Source: Squalus acanthias (lineage: Eukaryota). From it: a stretch of DNA of 64,000 nucleotides. The DNA is taken from contig CM059431.1 in assembly GCA_030390025.1 (NCBI GenBank), positions 136,092,001 to 136,156,000 on the forward strand, given 5' to 3'. Position numbers and translations under genes: made by a program. A model generated the notes under the pieces. That model had not been told where the DNA came from, made no database searches, and saw only the letters and a program-made list of their open reading frames with translations. Shown here in pieces: positions 24,950 through 34,020 of the stretch. How positions within the stretch are numbered: position 1 is the first letter of the stretch; the number at the start of each line of letters is the position of its first letter.

Positions 24950-26749
24950 ATGGCGACCGCGGCAGGACCCTGGCAGCAACAGAGTAATGTCTTAGACCCA
25001 GGTTTGAATAGACGAAATGTAATGGACGAGAAGGTAGCCGACTATGTGTTTGGGAAAGTTAACTTAACCAAACAGTGGATATGTGACCTACTGACGGATA
25101 GGCGTCCGCTAGACGCCGCCATCAGATGGACAGGTAGCAAAGATCATAAGAAGTCGGTAGAGAAAGCGGTCTGGCTGATGTGCTACAAGAAGCAAGTCCA
25201 ACTTTCGGACCAGGTCATTGCAGCACAGGCAGCTCAGATCAGGGAATTAGAAACAGAGATGGAGGAAAAGGTTACGGGAGGACAGAGACTGATTGCATCA
25301 TTGAATGCGTTGCAACAGGACCGCCAAGTAGTAGCCAACCACCACGAGGCTAGGATTGATTACCTAGAATGTCAGGTCACGGAAGCAAAATTAAGTGAGG
25401 GAAGGATTAGAGAACGGTGTATCCGCCTAGCTAACCAGATAAAGGCCCAGGAAGAAAGTTTGAGGGGAGTTAGGGCGGCATACAAGATGGCTCTCGAGGA
25501 TAGGCATGAGGGAGCCGACCACAGCGTTTGTCAGAGGGAGTTAGAGAACCTGAGAGAGGCCCTGAATAAGGCAAACGGCTTGGTGTGTCTCATCAGCCCA
25601 TCAGCGAGCCAGCCACAGGTAGGTAGGGAATTCCCAAAATCCCTACCGGGAAAAGCAGAAGTGGTATCAACCACCAAGCCCTCCGCGCCACCCAGCTATA
25701 CGGAAACCTGGGTAAGGGAGGAAGTGGAGGAAATAGAGAAGAAGGTTCCCGAGGTAGGACAATCCCCAGAGGTAGTGTCGAGACCGGGACCGATGTGTCC
25801 GGTCCAAGGTCATAAGAGAGGCCCGAATGGGAACAATGGGGAAGACGGGGATATCCTGAACCAACTTGTAGTGCCCCACAGCTCACACCAGCTGAGGGCA
25901 ATGATCAGCCATGTCCGGAAGCTGTCCGAGTCAGGAGACCCTTCCGTGCATTTTAGGGAAGTAGAACAGACCGCAGCGATTAATGGCTGCGACAACGAGG
26001 AAAAGACCAAGATGTTGCTGTTCTCTTTAGATAGCTCAATCTTTCAGTGTCTCTCCGACGAGAGCAAGAGGGGAGCTAAAGGCTATGGGGATTTACGGGA
26101 CGAGGTCCTAGAAGTGTTAGGGGCAGATGACGAAGGTCCGTTCGTCAGACTGGGTCAGACCGTGCAGATAGAGGGAGAACCCCCACGGGTTTTCGCCGAC
26201 AGACTGTGGCCAGTATACCAGTGTAGCTGCCCAGGTGCGCCAGAGCGCAACTATCTGGACGGCGCCGGGAAAGCTCATTGGCTCAGGTGCATAGTAGCCA
26301 ACAGCTTGCCAGCCATCAGGGAGCAGGCCAGAGCGTGGTTTGATCCCACCAACCCCGAGACAACGGAGGAGTCTGTCCTGAGTCACCTCACCATATGGTA
26401 TCGGAACACTAGAAGCACGGGAGCGCGTCCCCTTAAGGGAAAAGTGCATGAAGCAAAGCCCGCAGCTCCGGCTCAGAAAGAGTGGCATCAGGAGGGAAAT
26501 CGCGCCCCACAAACCAGTAGTGTTTGTTACGGGTGCGGGAAGGCAGGTCACTGGCGTAAAAACTGTAGGGATCCCTGGAAGGACTCCAGGGAAAAAGCTC
26601 CCGCAGTCCGAGCCCAGACGCCTGTCTCTGAGAGAGGAGCTGGTGTGCCTATCCATCCCGACGCGATCGAATCAATGTTAGGAGCCATGCGGTCTCTCAT
26701 GACCTCACACGGGGAGGTAGCAACAGCCCCATACAACCCAGACTTCTGA
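24950..26749 (+). CDS. gag: Gag polyprotein (599 aa from the ATG at 24950)
   Basis: Open frame with an N-terminal coiled coil and PSAPPSY late domain (25679-25699). A putative helical capsid region follows (Q.EGEPPRVFADRL is MHR-like), then the zinc knuckle CYGCGKAGHWRKNC (26525-26566). Confidence 0.88.
   Translation: MATAAGPWQQQSNVLDPGLNRRNVMDEKVADYVFGKVNLTKQWICDLLTDRRPLDAAIRWTGSKDHKKSVEKAVWLMCYKKQVQLSDQVIAAQAAQIRELETEMEEKVTGGQRLIASLNALQQDRQVVANHHEARIDYLECQVTEAKLSEGRIRERCIRLANQIKAQEESLRGVRAAYKMALEDRHEGADHSVCQRELENLREALNKANGLVCLISPSASQPQVGREFPKSLPGKAEVVSTTKPSAPPSYTETWVREEVEEIEKKVPEVGQSPEVVSRPGPMCPVQGHKRGPNGNNGEDGDILNQLVVPHSSHQLRAMISHVRKLSESGDPSVHFREVEQTAAINGCDNEEKTKMLLFSLDSSIFQCLSDESKRGAKGYGDLRDEVLEVLGADDEGPFVRLGQTVQIEGEPPRVFADRLWPVYQCSCPGAPERNYLDGAGKAHWLRCIVANSLPAIREQARAWFDPTNPETTEESVLSHLTIWYRNTRSTGARPLKGKVHEAKPAAPAQKEWHQEGNRAPQTSSVCYGCGKAGHWRKNCRDPWKDSREKAPAVRAQTPVSERGAGVPIHPDAIESMLGAMRSLMTSHGEVATAPYNPDF
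24951..24968 (+). promoter_or_regulatory. Primer-binding site, tRNA-Ser-like
   Basis: TGGCGACCGCGGCAGGAC. TGG complements the tRNA CCA end. It shares TGGCG....CGGCAGGA with the complement of the vertebrate tRNA-Ser 3' end as recalled, an imperfect match. Confidence 0.7.
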
Positions 26750-27856
26750 CTGGAACCGGTGCAGCCTGCCTACCTGTGTCCCCTTGAAAGACACGCACAG
26801 GAGGGGGCCTCCTGTAAGGAGGCCAGGTTAAGAGAGCAGGCCTTACGGGAAGAGAACGCCCGCTTAATGGGGAAAGTAGACGGGCTAGAAGGGCAGCTTA
26901 GAGACATAAAGGCAGCCTACAGGGTAGCCAGGAGCAGGGAGTATGAGGATTTAAACCACGGGCCCTGTGAGGAAAGGATAAAAGGTCTGACCCAAGCCCT
27001 ATCCAAAGCCAGAGGGATGGTTTGCTCAACAACCCCGGGGGAATTCACCACCCTGCAGTTGCAAGCCATGGTAGCAGTGTTGCCCAAACTAAAACAGAAT
27101 AGAAATCTTCAGCCTCCAGCAGGCGAGATTTCACAGAATGCACAAGCAGGGGCGGTGGCCTGTCATAGGGGAGGGGCCAGACCTGCGAGTGGGGACTCTC
27201 AGCCCCGGGTAGAACCGCAGGGCACACAGGCCGGTAAAGCAGCCTGCGTGAGGGGAGAGGACATTCTGGAAAAGTGTAGGATCTTTTCTTTTTCTTGGGA
27301 TTCAGATGAGGAAGAGCTCGGAGGGCTCAACCAAGTTTGTGACCCGGTCGGAGAGGTGGTGGGGTCGGAGGACGGAGGTTCCGCCCTCGACCCAAGTATA
27401 GGGGAGGTAGGGATTGCGAGTGGAGATCCACCTACTGGAGAAACAAGTAGGGTGGAGTCGGAAACCGCAGATCCCGAGCCCAGGGGGGCGGAGCCAGGGG
27501 AGACAGAGCCGGCAGCTGTGGTGGGACCACAGGCTGTGACGGCGGAAGTCCCGGTCCGTCGGTCCTGGGGGTCTTGCCCAAGGTGGCCCTCCGCAGGTCG
27601 AGTCGGACACCCCAGCCCAGGAAGTTGTGGTCAGATCCCTCGTACACCCCCAGGCGTAAGTTCAAGGCAGCCCAGGAAGGTCCCAGTCCCAGCTCAGCAG
27701 CGACAGGCTGCGGCAGATCAAAGACAAGGGTCAGTGCCCCCCCCCCCCCCCGCAACGGGGAAGAGCTCGTGGCAGTCTTTTCAGGATCTAGGTAGGCCGC
27801 CCTGGGAACGGGCGGCGCTGTACAGTTATTTTAGGAGGATAAGTTTAGGTTTATAG
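26750..27856 (+). CDS. Gag-in-frame ORF2: divergent paralogue of the Gag coiled-coil region plus an acidic/Pro-rich low-complexity tail
   Basis: Same frame as gag after the single TGA and open for 368 codons. It has 26/69 ungapped identities to Gag residues at 25382-25588. Confidence 0.6.
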   Translation: MEPVQPAYLCPLERHAQEGASCKEARLREQALREENARLMGKVDGLEGQLRDIKAAYRVARSREYEDLNHGPCEERIKGLTQALSKARGMVCSTTPGEFTTLQLQAMVAVLPKLKQNRNLQPPAGEISQNAQAGAVACHRGGARPASGDSQPRVEPQGTQAGKAACVRGEDILEKCRIFSFSWDSDEEELGGLNQVCDPVGEVVGSEDGGSALDPSIGEVGIASGDPPTGETSRVESETADPEPRGAEPGETEPAAVVGPQAVTAEVPVRRSWGSCPRWPSAGRVGHPSPGSCGQIPRTPPGVSSRQPRKVPVPAQQRQAAADQRQGSVPPPPPATGKSSWQSFQDLGRPPWERAALYSYFRRISLGL

Positions 27857-28094
27857 TGTTTTAATATCAGGTTAAGATTGTAGTTTAATTTCATAAGTAA
27901 ATGGTAAGATTGTAGTTTAATTTCATAAGTAAATGGTAAATGATGGGAGTTAGTGATAGGAACAGTTAAGGTCTATCCAGTATACATGTCTTGTACGTGA
28001 GACGAGGTCAAGGGACCCGCTCACCCTTCACAAAAGCCAGAGACTCTTGGGAGGCTGGCTACATCATTTTATCTGATCACAGGAACCAGGAGAT

Positions 28095-29515
28095 ATGGAA
28101 AGGATTCTGGTAGTGCTCGCAACGATCGGATATGGATTGGCCTATCGGGGCCTCACCAAGGATGTCGTTGTGTTCGGTTGCTCCGGGGACACTGCCCCCA
28201 TCACAACGGATGGGACCGGGGAGCGAAAGGCTGAGGAAACCGCCACTTAGTTCCACAAGGGAAGGTGGCCGGGATGGCTGGGAACGAATTCGACGGAATA
28301 CTCCAGCGCATCCGGGTTTGCGTACAAAGAGACTTCTTTACTGTGTTCCAGGGTGAGGATCGTTGCACCCAGAATCAGCGTCACCATCGGCAAAAGGATT
28401 TGTTTGGTGTGCAATGGGAACGTCCCATTGAGCCGATGGTGGTGGTTACGGAAATTAAGCAAGACTATGAGAAATTCCTCGGTCGAGTGGGAGCGATTGG
28501 GTAACAATACCCATCGGACAATTACGGGGACTAACGGACAATTGAAAGTCTGTTGGGACAAATGGTGGGAGCCGGATGAGGGAATATATGTTTGTATGTG
28601 GGGATCGAAGTACGTTTGCCCCAAGGGTATATCCATATTTTTCCTACAACAGTGGCAGGATGCCGGGGAAGGGATGAGGTGGGATGTCAGTACTAAGGGG
28701 TGCGGAGCTCCATTCTCCCCGATCCCGGTAAACGCCACTGAACTCATCACACGCCCACGCAAGTCTCCACCCACGATTCCGGTGGCATTGGCTCAGGAGG
28801 AAGGGTGCCCTAAAACCACTAAGGGGCCCGGGAATGGTCTGGTACTGGTGCCAACAGATCAGATACTATATCAAGGGGTACATTACGCGGTGGCCTCGGT
28901 GATTCTAAATCTCACCGAGGTGCATTTACCAGAGTGGTGCCCCAAAGAAACGGAAAAATTGTACCAGGTCCGGTTAACAAACATGTTCAGGCAATTTTAT
29001 GAGTTTGATTTTGCAGAGGTTGACAAAACAAGCTTATACACCACACCACATGAAGTTTTGGGTCAGGTGGGAAGACAAAGACGGGGTGCTGTGAACGATG
29101 TGTTCACTGCTTTTAATACGGGAACATCTGTGGTCAACGCTCTAGATAATGTGGAGCTGCAGACACAGATCAACGGTTTAAAGACATCATTCCCCCTCTC
29201 CCTGAACACCTCACCAAGATTTTAAAAGCCGTCATGGTATCACAGAAACATTTTTACACCCTGGAACAGAAAACTGCAGAGATAGGGGCAGAGATATTGG
29301 ATATAGTAACCCCACCGTGGTGGGATCTGTTCACTAATATTGAGGTCCCGTCATGGATCAGGATAGCCTCCCACATTTTGGTAGTATGTCAAGTTGTAAT
29401 TGTAGTGTACCTGTTGTTCGTGCACTGCAAAAGAGGCAAAAGCCTCACGAAGCAGGAGAACACAGGGGAGTGGAGAGAACGTTACGTGCGCGTGAACGAG
29501 GAAAGTACCGCGTAG
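28095..29515 (+). pseudogene. env: env-like class I fusion glycoprotein, disrupted
   Basis: ATG at 28095 gives the signal peptide MERILVVLATIGYGLA, with an in-frame TAG at 28248. A Cys/Trp-rich surface region and furin site RQRR (29073-29084) are followed by a fusion-peptide/heptad segment. A frameshifting junction at about 29188 leads to a heptad, PPWWDLF, a transmembrane helix (ILVVCQVVIVVYLLFV) and a cytoplasmic tail. Confidence 0.8.
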
Positions 29516-29901
29516 ACTGCCAGGATGACGCCCCTCCATTTTACCGTGTGTGTTTTTGTAATTGTTGTAGTTATAAGTATTTGTGACTAAGTTTGGAACT
29601 TTTGTATTTTTAAAACAGTTGGTTTAATTGTTTTTTCTTTTGTAATAAAACATGCATATACAGGTAGTGCGAGAGGCATCGGCCTTTTGCACCTGGAAGG
29701 CGAATACGCAGTGTAAGTTTAAAGGCAATACTGCCTACGATTTGTCCAAGATAGACAATGTGTTTTCTCTGGGAAATGAGGACTACATGTGTCATGGAGG
29801 CCATAGATAGTTTAATTACCGGAAGTGTTTGGATGTGGAGAATTGGGATAATTTGCTCACCAGCATTTAATTGATACGAAAAGCGGAGTTATTCGCATCA
29901 A

Positions 29902-29911
29902 CAGGAGGGAC
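29902..29911 (+). promoter_or_regulatory. Polypurine tract
   Basis: CAGGAGGGAC immediately 5' of the TG of the 3' LTR. Confidence 0.7.
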
Positions 29912-30760
29912 TGTAGAGTTTCGCAATTATCGCGATTCAAAATAACATGAGAGAAGCAGATTCAATTGATCATTTTTATTAAACGAAATGCTGTCCTAAT
30001 AATAAAGGACACAGAAGCCTGTAAAATGGCTGCTGCGCATCGTGGCAGAAGCTTCCAGAGACACAGTGGGCAGACAAGATGGCGTCGAATATACATTCAG
30101 TATGAGATCGTATCATACTCGGTACACATTGAAAAGGTAGGATGCAACCCGTTTGCATCCTGGACAATAGCAATGATATAAGTGCTGGAATCGTTTCCTG
30201 CGCACAGTAAGGATCATTGAACTGGGCCATCGAGAACCCATCTAGACACATCAATACACAAATACCCCCCCGGCTCAACAATGAGAGAGACATTGGCGGG
30301 TGATTAAGCCAGTATTCGGGGGGCCCCAAAACCAGTCGAGGAGACGATTCATACACATCCTGGCTGGCTAAACAATGGAGAAGGTATTAACGGATAGTTG
30401 GCCAGTTTCAGGTGCCACCGAAACCCGTTAAGAAGATAATCGCCCCATGCTGGGAGTTTTGGGCGCCAAAATCACACAAAGAATAAACGATTAGATATGA
30501 GTGGGAGATAAGGCTGACAAAGCAGTATAACTATAGGGGACAAATGTCCATCGGTCTCTTGACTCGGGCTGAACTCTCTTGACTCTTCCTGAAGCTCTTG
30601 CTGGACGCTTTTTGACTTTTGACTCTTAGCCGTGCTGGTCGGTTATTCGAGTGTTGGGTGGAGCTCAATCGGAACGAGCCGCCTCGACAAGGGCAAGTAA
30701 CAGGGTACACCATCCCGAGTGTCGGTAAACGGTGTCCGGACCCGGAGGCCTGAGTGACCA
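29912..30760 (+). repeat. 3' LTR (shortened)
   Basis: Matches 23339-24201 with about 13 substitutions by eye and two small indels (16 bp total) in the CTCTTGA repeats. Similarity stops at TGAGTGAC, which is followed by CA. Confidence 0.93.
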
Positions 30761-32269
30761 TTTCCTACGTCCACTGCCCTCTGAAGCACTCGGTGTCTGA
30801 TCAGTGGGGACCAGACCACCAGAAAATGCATGTGGGCCCTACTTGAGGATCTAGGCTCAGGGCCCGGATTCCAGGATCTCCAACATTTGAGTGTTTCTGC
30901 CTCCTTATAAAGGGGCTGATGGAGAATATATTCTATGTTTTTTGGGGGGCTTAGAACCTGCTCAGCAGGCTAACATTGGCTGGAATGGCATGCCTGCTCG
31001 GGCAGGTGGGTACTACAGACGAGCCCCTAGTGGCACAGGCAGCCACTATTGCCATGCTACTGAAGGGACCTCTGCCTAATCCCACAACCGTTGGCAGGGT
31101 CAGCGCCACAGGTGTGACCCAGCATGTATCCCAGGATGTGCCCCCCCCCCCCCCAGCTCCATTGATCTTTAGACCCCAGTTAATGTGGTCTTTTCAGTGG
31201 ATGTGACCCAGCGAGATTGGTAGAAACAGCAGGCAAGACTGAGTGTATTCTGAAGATTGTGACATGGACTGGGAATTTCATCTGAGCTGCTCCCGCTCCA
31301 TTGCCGTAACTTTATCAGAACTGCAGTGGAAATTTGGTTTACCTTTGTAATCGGGGTATTGGCTGCATTTCCAGGAAAGTTATGGCGTCTGAGCACCTGT
31401 GAGGAATGTTTTGGCTAGTGACTAACGGGGTCTGGTTTTGACTCATCTTTACAAACAATAATCAAAAAGTGTGACTGTCTTAGAAATGAGCCAGTTCTTG
31501 TCGACATTTTAATCTATAGGCATATACATTGACATTTGTAACCTATCGAGCATATATACACTGCACTTTTAATCTACAGTGCATATATATGGGCACTTTC
31601 AATCTATAGGCTATATGTACTGGGTGTGTTTAATCTATGGGGTATATTAATGGGCCACTTTTAATCTATAGGGTATATGTGGGACACTTAATCTATATAT
31701 GGCCCTAGAAAGTCGGCCATGCAGTGCCCATTTTTTGGCGCCTCTTAAGGTCCCAATATGACGGGCACATTTCCAGCTGTAAATTCAGCACCTGCCATTT
31801 TGGTGATGAAGGTTGCACTGGTGCATGTTGGGATCATTTAAACGGGGGTAAGAGTTTATTCAAAATAGGGTCCTGCCCTTCTTCCTGCACCCTGTTTTCC
31901 ATTATTGATCGTCCCAACGCTTCACTTACCATGTGCTGACCTCACACAACACAAAGTGATAGTTAAAGGCATCATGTTGAACTTGCAGGTTAGTTGCTGG
32001 GTTCTCATTTCAGGCTACTGGTTGACTTCTGGGTGTTTCTTGGTATGTTTTTTGACTCTGGAATGTTCACTTTGTCTAAACAGGGAAAGATGTTGCTGGT
32101 GTTGCACAGTTGTTGTTGGCTGCCTCAGAAGTATTTTGGCTGCAGTCATGGGTGGTCTCATAGGACTGTCTTTGGGGCTGGAGGTGGGGGAGCAGCAAGG
32201 AAGATAGCAGAGAGAAGGAGCTGCTGAGATGAGGGAGGGGGGAAAGCACTGAGCAGGAGGCCAGGCCCA

Positions 32270-33170
32270 CAACAGGTCTTCAGGGAGCACTTCTCGTACA
32301 TTAACTTCACCGAGGAGCAGTGTCCGAAGCACCTTTGCTTCACTGAGGAGACTGTCACTGAGCAATGTCACCTTGAGCAGCCACAACTCCAGCCTTGCAC
32401 CATGGCATGGACAGCACTGCCTGTGGCGGTCAGGGTCACCGTGGCCCCTAACCTTGATGCCACAGGCTCCTTTCAGGCGTGTGACATGTGACATCAGCAA
32501 CATCTCCCAGTTCCCAGTACTTGTACCAGGGAGGTCCCTGAGGCTCTCTGTCAATAGGGAAGGAGATGTAGGTGTTCCTCCTGGTGCAGAGAGAAGGACG
32601 AGACAGCAAGAGGTTTCGCCTGCATGGCAGGCTTCCCAATGGTGCAAGGTGCCATAGATTGCACCCGCATTGCTTTACGTGCTCTCCATCACCAGCCAGG
32701 CATCTTTATCAATCAAAAGAGATTCCACTCCCTCGATGTCCAGCTGGTTTGCGACCACAGGCAGTACATCGTGCAGGTCTGTGCCTGCTATCCTGGCAGC
32801 ATTCACAACTTTCAGCCTGCGCCAGTCCTCTGTGCCACCTTTATTCAAATCATCAAGTTACAGGCTGACTATTAGGCGACAAGGTATATGTCCTCTGGCT
32901 CATGACTCCTGTCAGGAACCCGGGCACAGACACAGCAGGCCTACAATGAGAGCCAAGCTGCCACAAGGAACATCATCGAGCAAACAATCTGTGTGCCTGA
33001 CCAACGCTTCTGCTATCTGCACTGTTCGAGGGAGCTTTGCAACACACCCCCGAGTGGGTCTCCAGATTTGTTTTTGTCTGCTGCATGCTCCACAACTTTG
33101 CCAGCCTCAGGGACCAACCCTTACCACCACCTCGGCAGCAACAAATACAGGAAGAGGAAGAGGGAAGGAG
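32270..33170 (+). pseudogene. PIF/Harbinger (HARBI1-like) DDE transposase pseudogene
   Basis: ALPVAVRVTVAL..ATGSFQ; GFPMVQGAIDCTRIAL..FINQKRFHSLDVQLVCD..YPGSIHN; LLGDKVY; YNESQAATRNIIEQTI; CCMLHNFA. Multiple frameshifts. Confidence 0.88.
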
Positions 33171-33202
33171 AGGCAGCAGCCACCAGTGCCTCTACCTGCC
33201 AG

Positions 33203-33370
33203 GTCTTCGGGGAGCATGTCACCTAAACCAGCCCTCCCATTCCCCAATACACCCACAGTCTTCGGGGAGCATGTCACCTAAACCAGCCCTCCCATTCCCC
33301 AATACACCCACAGTCTTCGGGGAGCATGTCACCTAAACCAGCCCTCCCATTCCCCAATACACCCACAGTC
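33203..33370. repeat. 55-bp exact tandem triplication
   Basis: Unit starts at 33203, 33258 and 33313 (GTCTTCGGGGAGCATGTCACC...CACCCACA). Confidence 0.95.
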
Positions 33371-33717
33371 TCTCAATCCTTCTCAGCCCCCTATCTGATT
33401 GCTTTCCTTCAATCCAAACTGTTGGCTCTTGTCATCACTTCACTACAAAGATAAACACCAAATCCACAACAACCAAAAACTATCAACTCAATTACATCTA
33501 TATGTGATAGTTTGCAGAAACAATTAAGAATCCCCCTTGTGCCAGGCCTTAATGCCCGTACTGAGTGCACCTTTCCCTATCCTGGTGCTCCTACAAAGTA
33601 TTTCTCCAATGGCTACAGCTTGGGAGGTGGGAGGCTGCTGAGCTTCCATTGAGGACACTTTAGATGGCCTGGTAGTTGACCTCCAGCAGCTCTGGGCTTT
33701 GAGGGCCCGACTGCAAA

Positions 33718-34020
33718 CTGGGTTTTGGGGGGAGCCTGGGGGGTTGGGGGGGGGAGGCGTGGGCAGCATGGGGTGAGCCTAGAGTTGGGGGGCAGGGAGC
33801 CGGGGGTGGGGGGAAGCCTCGGGTGAGAGCTTGGGGTTGCTGGGGAGAGCCTGAGGGGAGGGGGAAAGGGGTTAGGGGCAGCCTGAGGTGAGGGCTGTGG
33901 GGGGGACGCTGTGGGGGGGATCTGGGGTTGTGGAGGGGAGCCTGGGCGGGGGCAGCCTGGGGTGAGGTGAGGGTGGGGGGAGGTGGGGAGGGAAGCCTGG
34001 GGCGGGGCGGGGCCTGGGTT
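33718..34020 (+). repeat. G-rich low-complexity tract (G-quadruplex-prone)
   Basis: Many runs of three or more G, with a recurring GAGCCTGGGG motif. Confidence 0.75.

Larger units (their letters stand above)
23339..30760 (+). mobile_element. LTR retroelement / endogenous retrovirus lacking pol: LTR-PBS-gag-ORF2-env(pseudo)-PPT-LTR
   Basis: Direct repeats 23339-24201 and 29912-30758 both begin TGTAG. PBS at 24951, purine tract before the 3' LTR, gag with CCHC knuckle, env remnant. No protease, RT or integrase motifs were found in the ORF track. Confidence 0.92.

Noticed and set aside
27873..27939. 32-bp tandem duplication between ORF2 and env
   Set aside because: A simple local duplication in an AT-rich spacer with no evident function.
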